From Bacteroidales bacterium (GTDB lineage Bacteria > Bacteroidota > Bacteroidia > Bacteroidales > GCA-2748055): a stretch of DNA of 64,000 nt. Positions 35,838 to 45,299 of the stretch are shown piece by piece. The stretch is taken from positions 3,069-67,068 of the forward strand of contig JAOZUK010000006.1 in NCBI GenBank assembly GCA_029938715.1. The letters run 5' to 3'. The position numbers and the translations under genes were made by a program. The notes beneath the pieces were generated by a model. It was given only the letters and a program-made list of their open reading frames with translations. It did no database searches and was not told the DNA's origin. The stretch's first letter is position 1; each line of letters starts with the position of its first letter.

Positions 35838-38660
35838 TCATTGAATCCTCTTTAATTGTGCCCTGACCAGATCGGCCTGTTCATTATTGCCACTGTAATC
35901 ATATATTTCGGCCAGTTTTTGATAGGCAGATTTAAACTTCCCATTGTAACGAATGGCCTGCTTAAAATTATAGATGGCATTATCCATATCGTTCTTAAGT
36001 CCGTAACAGATACCCAGGTTATAGTACCCGGAGTAAAATTTGTGGTTGGATTTAATGGCCATATTGATATATCTGATGGCTTCATCCAGCAGTGCAGGAT
36101 CCTTATTTACCTCCGATTCCAGAATGTAGGAGTAGCCCTTTAAGTTTAGTGCTTTGTCGTAGTCGGGATAGAGTTTCAACAACTGGTCCATCGCAAACCT
36201 GGTATCTTGGAACCGGAAGAATGCATTGTAGCCATTACCCGCTTCAAGGTAGGCAACTTCGTTGTTTGAATCATATCTGATGGCCTCCTCCAGCAGAATG
36301 ATTCCATGGACGATTTTGCTTCTGTCTTTCTCATTGACTCCCTCAGAAAGTAACGAAAAACCCTGAAAATCGGCTCTGTTTTTCCGCTCTATGATTGCTG
36401 CAACAACCACGTCATCCACTTTGATCTCCTTTATTGTATTTTTGGGTGGCCACAAACCATTGTTCAACTGGTATGGATGTAAGTAGTTGCAATAGAGAAT
36501 GGCATAGTCCCAGTCATATTTACCACGGTCGTAGTAGCGGCTGTAGAGGGTTTTCACCTGGTCGGTGTGATTCCTGAGATAGTATCCGATAGCCGAATTG
36601 CTTACTACCCGGACAGGATTTTCCGGATCAGTCTCAATGCCCGGCAGAATCTCTTCCAAAAAATAGTCGGTAGCAGGACGCAGGCTGTTGGCATAATAAT
36701 CTGTTTCGAAAGTCCCATAGGTATTATTAATTCCTCCCGACCATTCGTTAAAATAGATGTATTCATTGGGATGATTTCGAATGATGTGCCTGAGAGGATG
36801 GTATAGCCCGGCGGCCATCACAGCGATAATCACATAGGTGACCCATTGAGGCTTCATGGTCCGTAGGAAATATGAAATAGTCATGGCTGCAAGAGCAAGC
36901 ATGGAAGGATATATGAACATCATGTGCCTCCATCCACCATACACATTCGATTCCCTGTAGATAATAAATACCAGTGGGAACACTATTGTAAACCAGAGCA
37001 TGAAATAGAAGTATCCCTGTCTCCTTTTGCGATCTAAATACCACACAGGTGCTGAGGCCAGAAAGCTAAGTAGTATGAGCCCAGGCACACTGATCCATAT
37101 GTTTTGAGGAATATAGTGCCAGGGAAGTTTATCAGACCACAGAATGAGGCCGTCATACAGCACCCTGATGGAGACCTGGATGTTGGTCATCACCTTAAAG
37201 GCCTGAATGGGGTGATTTATAATATCCTGCAATGCATAGGGCCAGGTAAGCAGGCTGAGTAAATAACCTGCAACTGAGATCAGAACCAGCGTAATCAATC
37301 CTCTGGATGCTAATCGCCACCAGCCTGGTGAGAAAAATTTCCACGGCCATTTGTGAATAAGCAGATACAAACCTGCAAACATGAACAGATAGGGGACCAG
37401 AAGCAGCCCCCCTATCCTTATTCCATTTGACCATCCAATGCCAATGGCGATCCATATGGCAGACCTGGTGCTGATCCGGGGCAGTTTTTTAAGGAAAAGA
37501 ATGATGTGATAGAGTGTGAAAATATTGCCAAGTGCAAAGGGCACATCCATGGGATTATTAAAGGCATGTCCCAGGAATCTGGGAGAGAGAAACATAAGCA
37601 AAAGTGCGATCCATCCGCCCGAATACCCTGCAAAAAGTCTGACCAAAAGACCGGTACATAGGATGGTTGCGGCTCCTGTGAGGGCTACCATCACATGCCT
37701 GGCTTCATATGGGTTCTCCTCCAGATTAAAGAGCCTGATAATCAGGTAGGTGAAAAAATCAAAGGATTGCCCATAATAGTTGAGTTTGTATCTGGGATCG
37801 GTTAAAGCAGAGGGATCGTCTTCAGTGAAATATCGGAAAACTTTGGCTGCATGGTTGTAGTGTTTGGTGTCATCACCCGAAAGTCCGGCATCAAGACTCA
37901 GCATGGGGAGAATAATAAAAATAGCCAGTGCAGTTGCAAAGAAGGCCACACGAAACAGTGGGTTCTCCCTAATATGGAATAAGTTCCGGAAGGAAGGCTC
38001 TCGTACTTCTTTAAAAGGAAGCGTTGTATTCCATGCCAGGTTTAACTTAAGCTTCTCCAGGAAAATTCTTGATGTGCCTGGAACCTGATCAAAAGGGGCA
38101 TCCTGATGCAGGGTGATCTCCTGGCGGAGAAATCCCAGTTTTTGGAGGATCGCACTGATCAGTCCGGGCTCCAGGTTGCTCTTATCTCCTAAAAGGGTGA
38201 CCAGGTAGTTCAGAACCTGAACCGGAACAATCAAACCTGCGTGGTGGACAGTCTCTTTTCCCTTAAATGAGAATTCATAGTAAACTTTGTCGCCCGAAGC
38301 CTCAGAAAGTGATAACCGGGCAAACTCATTGGGATTAAATTGTCTGGTCAGCGAGCTGTTTGCCATGAATACAGCAAACCCACCCTTCTGTGTGATTTCA
38401 ACCAGTTTGTCCTTATCTTCAACAGAGAAGTTTTGGATCAGTGGGTGATTGGCTGATTCCGGAACATCCTCTTTATGCAAGCAACAAACGGTTGTTCTTG
38501 AGGAATTCTCACTGTTAACCTTGTTTGCAAATTCATTTATGTATCCTGGAACTACCTGATTTTCTCCAAAGCCGGCGAAGACAAAATGAATTTCGTGCCT
38601 GGCTTTCTGCGGGTGCAGATCCTTTTGCTTGCCTTTCTTGTGAGATATGTTTTTAGCCAT
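35838..38660 (-). CDS. GT-C-type (GT39/ArnT-like) membrane glycosyltransferase with ~240-aa N-terminal cytoplasmic domain and C-terminal TPR repeats
   Basis: 940 aa. Residues ~240-690 contain more than 10 hydrophobic helices, with an acidic motif in the first external loop (LSGDDTKHY). The C-terminal ~200 aa are TPR-like (AYLEAGNGYNAF, ALNLKGYSY, SGYYNLGICYGLKNDMDNAIYNFKQAI, AYQKLAEIY). Confidence 0.65.
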   Translation of the reverse strand: MAKNISHKKGKQKDLHPQKARHEIHFVFAGFGENQVVPGYINEFANKVNSENSSRTTVCCLHKEDVPESANHPLIQNFSVEDKDKLVEITQKGGFAVFMANSSLTRQFNPNEFARLSLSEASGDKVYYEFSFKGKETVHHAGLIVPVQVLNYLVTLLGDKSNLEPGLISAILQKLGFLRQEITLHQDAPFDQVPGTSRIFLEKLKLNLAWNTTLPFKEVREPSFRNLFHIRENPLFRVAFFATALAIFIILPMLSLDAGLSGDDTKHYNHAAKVFRYFTEDDPSALTDPRYKLNYYGQSFDFFTYLIIRLFNLEENPYEARHVMVALTGAATILCTGLLVRLFAGYSGGWIALLLMFLSPRFLGHAFNNPMDVPFALGNIFTLYHIILFLKKLPRISTRSAIWIAIGIGWSNGIRIGGLLLVPYLFMFAGLYLLIHKWPWKFFSPGWWRLASRGLITLVLISVAGYLLSLLTWPYALQDIINHPIQAFKVMTNIQVSIRVLYDGLILWSDKLPWHYIPQNIWISVPGLILLSFLASAPVWYLDRKRRQGYFYFMLWFTIVFPLVFIIYRESNVYGGWRHMMFIYPSMLALAAMTISYFLRTMKPQWVTYVIIAVMAAGLYHPLRHIIRNHPNEYIYFNEWSGGINNTYGTFETDYYANSLRPATDYFLEEILPGIETDPENPVRVVSNSAIGYYLRNHTDQVKTLYSRYYDRGKYDWDYAILYCNYLHPYQLNNGLWPPKNTIKEIKVDDVVVAAIIERKNRADFQGFSLLSEGVNEKDRSKIVHGIILLEEAIRYDSNNEVAYLEAGNGYNAFFRFQDTRFAMDQLLKLYPDYDKALNLKGYSYILESEVNKDPALLDEAIRYINMAIKSNHKFYSGYYNLGICYGLKNDMDNAIYNFKQAIRYNGKFKSAYQKLAEIYDYSGNNEQADLVRAQLKRIQ

Positions 38661-38712
38661 GATGCCTGGATGAAGACCATGTGAAATTACAAATATTCGG
38701 TAAAATCAGGGC

Positions 38713-38745
38713 AAAAAAATAACCAACCGTTGTCGGTCAGTTATT
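38713..38745 (-). terminator. rho-independent terminator after rpmH
   Basis: The minus strand reads AATAACTGACCG-ACAA-CGGTTGGTTATT, a 12-bp stem including 2 G-U pairs. It is followed by TTTTTTT (A-run 38713..38719 on plus). Confidence 0.8.
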
Positions 38746-38773
38746 CAGGATAGTCTGTTTAAGCTTTTTTAGC

Positions 38774-38932
38774 TTAAGCCTTGTGCTTCGGTTCGTCAGA
38801 AACAGTTAATTTCTTGCGCCCTTTTTTCCTTCTGCCGGAAACAATGCTGCGTCCGCTGGCAGACGACATCCGCTCCCTGAAACCGTGCTTATTCTTTCTT
38901 TTCCTGTTGGATGGCTGAAATGTTCGCTTCAT
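38774..38932 (-). CDS. rpmH: 50S ribosomal protein L34
   Basis: Not in the ORF track (52 aa). The reverse complement translates to [52 protein letters not shown], the canonical L34 sequence. Confidence 0.95.
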   Translation of the reverse strand: MKRTFQPSNRKRKNKHGFRERMSSASGRSIVSGRRKKGRKKLTVSDEPKHKA

Positions 38933-38954
38933 AATAAACTATGTTTTGAGGGTG

Positions 38955-38962
38955 CAAAAGTA
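38955..38962 (-). promoter_or_regulatory. candidate -7 promoter box (TACTTTTG on minus strand) for rpmH
   Basis: Exact TAnnTTTG match 22 nt upstream of the rpmH ATG, just after the rsmG stop. Motif only. Confidence 0.35.
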
Positions 38963-38963
38963 G

Positions 38964-39584
38964 TTATTTTTTTAGATATACAATCATTTTTGTGGAAAAA
39001 AACGACTCTTCAAACCATGTGGAGATGGGGAACTGTTCCACCTGGTTCTTAAAGGGTTTTAACTCCTCAGTAAGATCTCCTCCCTTTAGGGATATTAATC
39101 CATTGGGCAAAGGGGGGGGGCCGCCTGGAAGGATAAAATTGCTGGTCCACTGTAATATCCTGGAAAAAGATGTGACTGCTCTTGAAACCACATAATCGGC
39201 TTTGAGATCCAAATTTTCCATTCTGCCCCTGATGCCCTCTACATTCGCAAGTTCAAGATGTCTCAGGACTTCATTCACCAGCCCTATTTTTTTTTCAATT
39301 GAATCTACCAGGATGAAATGTGTTTCAGGGAATAGAATCGCAAGTGGTATTCCGGGAAATCCACCACCGGTTCCCACGTCAATAATTTTGTGGTTACTTT
39401 CAAACTGGAATTTTTTTGCAATAGAGAGTGAATGTAGAATATGCTTCTCCTCCAGGGATCCGATATCCTTCCTTGAAATGACATTGACCTTCTCATTGAG
39501 CAGTGGCATTATCTCCATGAGTTTCTGAAAGCGGGTCTCTTGTAACTGGCTGAGGTGGGGGAAGTATTTTCGAATCAGATCCAT
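38964..39584 (-). CDS. rsmG: 16S rRNA (guanine527-N7)-methyltransferase
   Basis: 206 aa with IDVGTGGGFPGIPLAI and the conserved layout of GidB/RsmG. It contains a C9 homopolymer on the coding strand (39112..39120). Confidence 0.9.
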   Translation of the reverse strand: MDLIRKYFPHLSQLQETRFQKLMEIMPLLNEKVNVISRKDIGSLEEKHILHSLSIAKKFQFESNHKIIDVGTGGGFPGIPLAILFPETHFILVDSIEKKIGLVNEVLRHLELANVEGIRGRMENLDLKADYVVSRAVTSFSRILQWTSNFILPGGPPPLPNGLISLKGGDLTEELKPFKNQVEQFPISTWFEESFFSTKMIVYLKK

Positions 39585-39604
39585 GGCATGGAACAGTCCC
39601 AGTT

Positions 39605-40210
39605 TTAAGGTTTTTCCTGGGAGCGGTTGAGGATATTTAGAAGCAACTCACGAGCCCTGAATAGCTGTGCCTTAACAGTTCCGATGGGTATATTTAATTC
39701 TGCTGCGATTTCGTCGTAAGAATACTCTTTGAAATACCTGAGTTCAACCAATTGCCTGTACCGTGGTTTCAGACGTGACACTACCTTATGCATGTGTTTG
39801 ATCTTTTGCTTATTGATCATGGTTAATTCAGGATCAAGCGTATCGGATTGAATCAGAGAGGAAGGGGCAAGTGAATCCTCTCCATCAATGGTCTGATCAA
39901 GTGAGACGTGACTTGCACGTTTTTTCCGGATAAAGTCGATGCAGTTGTTGGTGGCAATCTTAAAAAGCCAGGTAGAGAATGCAAAGTTCGGGGTGTACTG
40001 ATCGATGTTCTTAAATGCCTTCCCAAATGCTTCGATGGTCAGGTCTTCTGCATCAACCGGACTGTTAACCATCTTCAGGAGCATAAAGTAAATGGCATCA
40101 CGGTATCTGCCCAATAATTCACCGTAGGCCTGTTGGTCACCTTTCTTGGCTTTTCCAACCAGTTCAATGTCCTTTTGTGCCTTCAGTGAAAGATTAGAAT
40201 TCAATTCCAT
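39605..40210 (-). CDS. RNA polymerase sigma-70 family (ECF-like) factor
   Basis: 201 aa. Region 2 reads FSTWLFKIATNNCIDFIRKK and region 4 reads EYSYDEIAAELNIPIGTVKAQLFRAREL. There is no adjacent anti-sigma gene. Confidence 0.85.
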   Translation of the reverse strand: MELNSNLSLKAQKDIELVGKAKKGDQQAYGELLGRYRDAIYFMLLKMVNSPVDAEDLTIEAFGKAFKNIDQYTPNFAFSTWLFKIATNNCIDFIRKKRASHVSLDQTIDGEDSLAPSSLIQSDTLDPELTMINKQKIKHMHKVVSRLKPRYRQLVELRYFKEYSYDEIAAELNIPIGTVKAQLFRARELLLNILNRSQEKP

Positions 40211-41352
40211 GCTTGATACTTTGTTTCAAAAAATGTGCTAAACCAAATACCTCCCAGAAGCAGGGGTAAGATCGGATCAAACAGCAGCAAAAGTAACAAT
40301 AATAACTTTTCGTCCAAACGGCGCATATTCAATTTAAAAACCACCAGTTTTACCATAAGTAAAATTGCCATCGCTACAGCGGCAACCAGGTACCAGGTCG
40401 ACATAATACATATGGTAATAAATGTTGCATAAAGGAACATGCGGCTTATGAGTTCTCCGGCAATCCTGATTCTTGAAGAAGTTGTGTAATACTTTCCGGC
40501 CGACAGGTGTCTCTTCTTCTGTTTGATCCATCTTCGAAAGGTAGTTTCAGGAATGGAAAGGGTATGGCTTTCGGGGCTGAATTCCACCGCTGTATTCTCC
40601 TTTGTAGCTGTTTCATTAACAAAAAGATCGTCATCGCCAGATGCAATGTGATAGTGTTTTGCGAATCCTTTATTTTTTAAGAAAAGCTTTTTTTCATAAG
40701 CCAGGTTTCTACCTACTCCCATATAGGGTGAACCTTTAATGGCAAAAGAGAGATATTGCATGGCTGTAAATACAGTTTCATACCTGATCAGGCTGTTGAG
40801 AAATCCCTTCTTACGCTCATATTTGCCATAACCTAATACTATTTGTCTCTTGCCTGTAAAATGAGACCCCATTTTCTGGAGCCACTGATCGCTTGCAGGG
40901 TAACAATCTGCATCGGTAAGCAGCACAAAATCATGCTTTGCGGCTTTGATCCCGATGGTCACCGCCAGTTTTTTACCATGAAGGAATTTCTCATTGAAAG
41001 GTATGGTGGTGAACCGCAATTGCTCATATCTGGAAGAGAGCTCGGAAAGGAGCAGCTCTGTTTCATCGGTTGAACTGTCATTCACTACGATGACTTCAAA
41101 ATCGGGATAGTCCTGTTCAAGGAGCCTGGGTAGAAAACGTTTCAGGTTATCTTCTTCATTTTTCGCACAGACTATTACTGAAACAGGTTTTTTGGATTTT
41201 CTCCTTTTCTCAGGCTTGTACTCTGGAAGCTTTAGGAAAACCAATAAATAGTAGCCCAGCTGAATAGCAAAGGCCCACATAAAGAGTCCGAATAAGATCC
41301 AGTCAAGGAGCTTTAAACCTGCAGCAAATTCCTTTAGTTCCATGAGATGCAA
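40201..41352 (-). CDS. family 2 glycosyltransferase, membrane-anchored
   Basis: 383 aa with PVSVIVCAKNEEDNL...VIVVNDSSTDET...LTDADC and flanking TM helices. It overlaps the sigma gene by 10 nt. Confidence 0.8.
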   Translation of the reverse strand: MHLMELKEFAAGLKLLDWILFGLFMWAFAIQLGYYLLVFLKLPEYKPEKRRKSKKPVSVIVCAKNEEDNLKRFLPRLLEQDYPDFEVIVVNDSSTDETELLLSELSSRYEQLRFTTIPFNEKFLHGKKLAVTIGIKAAKHDFVLLTDADCYPASDQWLQKMGSHFTGKRQIVLGYGKYERKKGFLNSLIRYETVFTAMQYLSFAIKGSPYMGVGRNLAYEKKLFLKNKGFAKHYHIASGDDDLFVNETATKENTAVEFSPESHTLSIPETTFRRWIKQKKRHLSAGKYYTTSSRIRIAGELISRMFLYATFITICIMSTWYLVAAVAMAILLMVKLVVFKLNMRRLDEKLLLLLLLLFDPILPLLLGGIWFSTFFETKYQAWN

Positions 41353-41401
41353 ATTTAGCTGACTGATGGAGAAAAGAAAAAGCAGGTTTTCAACAATTGT
41401 T

Positions 41402-41409
41402 TATCTTTG
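41402..41409 (+). promoter_or_regulatory. candidate -7 promoter box TATCTTTG for tgt
   Basis: Exact TAnnTTTG match 20 nt upstream of ATG 41429. Motif only. Confidence 0.3.
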
Positions 41410-41428
41410 GCTGATCTCTTGATATTCA

Positions 41429-42559
41429 ATGAAATTTAAACTTTTACATAAGGATAGCGCAAGTAATGCGAGGGCAGGTATTCTTACCACCGACCATTCA
41501 GAAATTCAAACACCTGTGTTTATGCCTGTTGGAACAGCCGGTACGGTAAAGGGCGTTCATCAGCGGGAGCTGGAGAGGGATATTGATGCTCCAATAATCC
41601 TGGGAAATACATACCATCTCTATTTGAGGCCCGGGCTGGAAACCATAAGAGGTGCCGGGGGATTGCATGGATTTATGAACTGGAACCGTTCAATTCTTAC
41701 AGATAGCGGAGGCTATCAGGTGTTTTCTCTGGCCGCTAACCGGAAATTACAACCTGAAGGTGCCTGGTTTAGTTCTCATATCGATGGATCCAAACATATT
41801 TTTACACCCGAAAATATTGTAGATACCCAGCGAATCATCGGAGCCGATATTATCATGGCTTTTGATGAATGTACGCCATGGCCATGCGACCGGAAATATG
41901 CCAGTGACTCCCTTGAGCTGACACACCAGTGGCTGGACCGCGGATTGACACAATTTAATTCAACTGAGCCCCTGTACGGTCACAGTCAGGCCTTTTTTCC
42001 CATTGTCCAGGGAAGTATATTTAAAGATCTTAGAAAGGCATCCGCGGAGTTCATAGCCGGAAAAGATGCAGCCGGAAATGCAATCGGCGGCCTGTCGGTT
42101 GGGGAGCCGGCCGAAGAGATGTATGCCATGTTGGAAGTGGTGAACTCGGTATTGCCGGTCGATAGACCCAGGTACCTGATGGGTGTGGGTACCCCTGTGA
42201 ATATCCTTGAAGCAATTGCCCTGGGAGTGGATATGTTCGATTGTGTGATGCCCACCAGAAATGGCAGAAATGGTATGCTATTTACCCGAGAGGGGACCAT
42301 AAATATTAAGAATCGAAAATGGATGAATGATTTTTCACCTGTCGATGAAGGTGGAAACAGTTTCGTGGATATGCAATATTCAAAAGCGTATCTGCGTCAT
42401 TTAATTATATCGGGAGAGATGCTGGGAGCCCAGATTGCCACAATGCATAACCTGGCATTTTACATCTGGCTGGTCAGAAAAGCATTTGAGGAAATCAAAA
42501 GTGGAACATTTACTACATGGAAGGAAAAGATAATACCGGCTTTGGGTACAAGATTGTAA
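41429..42559 (+). CDS. tgt: tRNA-guanosine(34) transglycosylase
   Basis: 376 aa with TPVFMPVGT, TDSGGYQV and DMFDCVMPTRNGRNG. Confidence 0.96.
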   Translation: MKFKLLHKDSASNARAGILTTDHSEIQTPVFMPVGTAGTVKGVHQRELERDIDAPIILGNTYHLYLRPGLETIRGAGGLHGFMNWNRSILTDSGGYQVFSLAANRKLQPEGAWFSSHIDGSKHIFTPENIVDTQRIIGADIIMAFDECTPWPCDRKYASDSLELTHQWLDRGLTQFNSTEPLYGHSQAFFPIVQGSIFKDLRKASAEFIAGKDAAGNAIGGLSVGEPAEEMYAMLEVVNSVLPVDRPRYLMGVGTPVNILEAIALGVDMFDCVMPTRNGRNGMLFTREGTINIKNRKWMNDFSPVDEGGNSFVDMQYSKAYLRHLIISGEMLGAQIATMHNLAFYIWLVRKAFEEIKSGTFTTWKEKIIPALGTRL

Positions 42560-43650
42560 GGTTCCTGGGTCTGAAGATTCTGGACATATATGTAATCAGG
42601 AAATTCCTAAGCTCGTTCTTTCTGGCTATAGCCCTGATCCTATGCATTGTAGTTATTTTTGATCTCACCGAAAAAATAGATGATTTTATTGAAAGTGAAG
42701 CGAAATTAAAGGCGATCATATTCGATTACTACCTGAATTTCATCCCCTATTTTGCAGTGCTGTTCAGTTCGCTCTTTGCATTTATTGCGGTCATCTATTT
42801 CACAAGCAGGATGGCATACAATACAGAGATCATTGCAATACTGAGCAGTGGTATGAGCTTCAGGCGGTTTCTGGTGCCATTTATGATTTCCGCCTCTTTT
42901 ATTGCCGGTTTCTCATTTTATTTGAGTGACCAGGTGATCCCCGGAGCAAACAAGGTCAAACTTGATTTTGAGGAACAGTATATAAGAAAAAGGCCCATTC
43001 GGTTCGCATCCAAAGATTTTCACCGTCAGATTGAACCGGGAATCTACATGTATCTTCAGAGTTATAGCAATGTTTCCAAGGTGGGGTATCAGTTTACGAT
43101 CGAGAAATTTGAGGATGGTAAGCTGGTCTCCAAGATGTTTGCCGATCAGATCAGGTGGGACACCACAAGTAACAAGTGGAGAGCCAGAAGATACTACATC
43201 CGCAACATCGATGGGTTGCATGAAACACTGGAAGAGGGAAAATTCATTGATACCACCCTTGCTATTCATCCTGATGATTTTAAAATGCGCTTAAGTATAG
43301 TGGAAACCATGAGTATAAAGGAACTGGACGAGTTCATAGAGAAGCAAATCATGCAGGGGGAGACCAATGTAACCTCCTATCAGATTGAGAGACAAAACCG
43401 GATCGCATTTCCATTCGCCACCTTTATTTTAACCCTGATTGGCATAGCGGTCTCCTCAAAAAAGATGAGAGGTGGGATCGGTATGCAGATCGCCATCGGA
43501 GTGGTTATCAGCTTTGTCTATATACTATTCAGTCAGTTTTCGAAGCAGTTTGCCATAGGTGGATTGCTACCTGTAACAGCAGCTGTATGGTTACCCAATG
43601 TGTTCTTTGGGATAGTTGCTATTTTTCTGATGCGTTTGGCTCCTAGGTAA
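42517..43650 (+). CDS. LptF/LptG family LPS export permease
   Basis: 377 aa with ILDIYVIRKFLSSFFLAIALIL near the N-terminus, six TM segments and a central periplasmic domain. The only ATG gives a 43-nt overlap with tgt. Confidence 0.8.
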   Translation: MEGKDNTGFGYKIVRFLGLKILDIYVIRKFLSSFFLAIALILCIVVIFDLTEKIDDFIESEAKLKAIIFDYYLNFIPYFAVLFSSLFAFIAVIYFTSRMAYNTEIIAILSSGMSFRRFLVPFMISASFIAGFSFYLSDQVIPGANKVKLDFEEQYIRKRPIRFASKDFHRQIEPGIYMYLQSYSNVSKVGYQFTIEKFEDGKLVSKMFADQIRWDTTSNKWRARRYYIRNIDGLHETLEEGKFIDTTLAIHPDDFKMRLSIVETMSIKELDEFIEKQIMQGETNVTSYQIERQNRIAFPFATFILTLIGIAVSSKKMRGGIGMQIAIGVVISFVYILFSQFSKQFAIGGLLPVTAAVWLPNVFFGIVAIFLMRLAPR

Positions 43651-43745
43651 TAGGGTCACTCTCACATCTATGAATATATTTTGAAACAGCTTTACAATCA
43701 GCATTGTTTTTCGTAAGATTGTACCGCAAAACAAAAACAGACACA

Positions 43746-45290
43746 ATGGCCTCTACAAAAAAGGTTCAGGAATTAAAGAAGCGAAGAGAAGAAGTGCAAC
43801 AGGGTGGGGGAGAGAAAGCCATTCAGAAACAGGTTGCCATGGGGAAAATGACCGCCAGGGAGCGGATCATTAAAATACTGGATGAAGGCTCTTTCAATGA
43901 GTATGATATGTTTGTGGAGCATGAAGCCAGAGATTTTGGTATGGAGGCGAAGAAATTACATGGCGATGGAGTGATCACTGGTACCGGAACCATTGGAGGC
44001 AGACCCGTTTGTATTTTTGCCCAGGACTTTACAGTGGCAGGAGGTTCGCTTGGCTTAATGCATGCCAGGAAGATCACCAAGATGATGGACCATTCACTGA
44101 AAATGAGATTGCCCCTGATCGGAATCAATGATTCTGGGGGTGCCCGGATCCAGGAAGGAGTTAACTCGCTTGCGGGTTATGGTGAGATTTTTTTCAGGAA
44201 TACCCTGGCTTCTGGAGTGATCCCACAAATTTCGGTGATCCTGGGTCCTTGTGCCGGAGGAGCTGTATATTCTCCTGCCCTGACCGACTTCGTATTTGTG
44301 GTAGACAATATCTCCAAAATGTTTATAACAGGACCCGAAGTAATTAAGACAGTTTTGGGTGAGGAAATTACCATGGAGGAACTTGGTGGGGCACGTGTAC
44401 ATAGTGAGATTACAGGAAATGCGCATTTTTTTGCTGAAACAGAAGATGAATGCTTCGAACAGATCAAATCTTTACTCAGCTACCTGCCCAGGTCCAATAC
44501 GGATGTTCCTGCACAAAAAGAGATAAAGGAACCCCTCAAGAAGTATAACATATCGAATATTGTTCCTTCCGAGAAGAGGCAGCCCTATGATGTAAGGAAT
44601 GTGATCAGGGCAATTACAGACGGATCAGATTTTATTGAAGTTCAGGAGAATTGGGCGGCAAACATTGTAATTGGGTTCGGAACCATGAACGGTAACACTG
44701 TGGGCTTCGTGGCCAACCAACCACTTGTACTGGCCGGCGTCCTTGATGTAGATTCATCCGACAAAGCTGGCAGGTTTATACGTTATTGCGATGCATTCAA
44801 TATACCCATTGTGACCTTAGTAGATCTACCCGGATACCTTCCTGGCGTGGACCAGGAGCATGCCGGGGTGATCAGGCATGGAGCCAAGGTGTTATATGCT
44901 TATAGTGAAGCCACTGTTCCCAAAATTACAGTTATAATCAGGAAAGCTTATGGAGGTGGGTATATTGCAATGAATTCAAGGCACCTGAGGGCTGATTTTG
45001 TTTTCGCCTGGCCAGATGCCGAAGTGGCGGTTATGGGGCCTGAGGGAGCTGCAAACATTATATTTAGAAAGGAGATCGCCGGAGCTGAGGATCCTGATAA
45101 GATGCGGGCCCAGAAAGTCCAGGAGTACAAAGAGAAATTTGCTAATCCTTATGTGGCAGCTGCCAAAGGATACATCGATTCTGTTATCGAACCCTCAGAA
45201 ACCAGGAGGTCTTTGTTGCATGCCTTAGAGGTTTCCGGAGAGAAAAGCGTAGGTATGCCTGCCAAGAAACATGGGATTCCCCCATTTTAA
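43746..45290 (+). CDS. acyl-CoA carboxylase carboxyltransferase subunit (propionyl-CoA carboxylase beta / methylmalonyl-CoA decarboxylase alpha type)
   Basis: Starts at ATG 43746 (MASTKKVQELKKRREE). It has the blocks DFTVAGGSLG, NDSGGARIQEG, GPCAGGAVYSPALTDF and RKAYGGGYIAM. The ORF is open to 43704. Confidence 0.92.
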   Translation: MASTKKVQELKKRREEVQQGGGEKAIQKQVAMGKMTARERIIKILDEGSFNEYDMFVEHEARDFGMEAKKLHGDGVITGTGTIGGRPVCIFAQDFTVAGGSLGLMHARKITKMMDHSLKMRLPLIGINDSGGARIQEGVNSLAGYGEIFFRNTLASGVIPQISVILGPCAGGAVYSPALTDFVFVVDNISKMFITGPEVIKTVLGEEITMEELGGARVHSEITGNAHFFAETEDECFEQIKSLLSYLPRSNTDVPAQKEIKEPLKKYNISNIVPSEKRQPYDVRNVIRAITDGSDFIEVQENWAANIVIGFGTMNGNTVGFVANQPLVLAGVLDVDSSDKAGRFIRYCDAFNIPIVTLVDLPGYLPGVDQEHAGVIRHGAKVLYAYSEATVPKITVIIRKAYGGGYIAMNSRHLRADFVFAWPDAEVAVMGPEGAANIIFRKEIAGAEDPDKMRAQKVQEYKEKFANPYVAAAKGYIDSVIEPSETRRSLLHALEVSGEKSVGMPAKKHGIPPF

Positions 45291-45299
45291 TAACTTATC

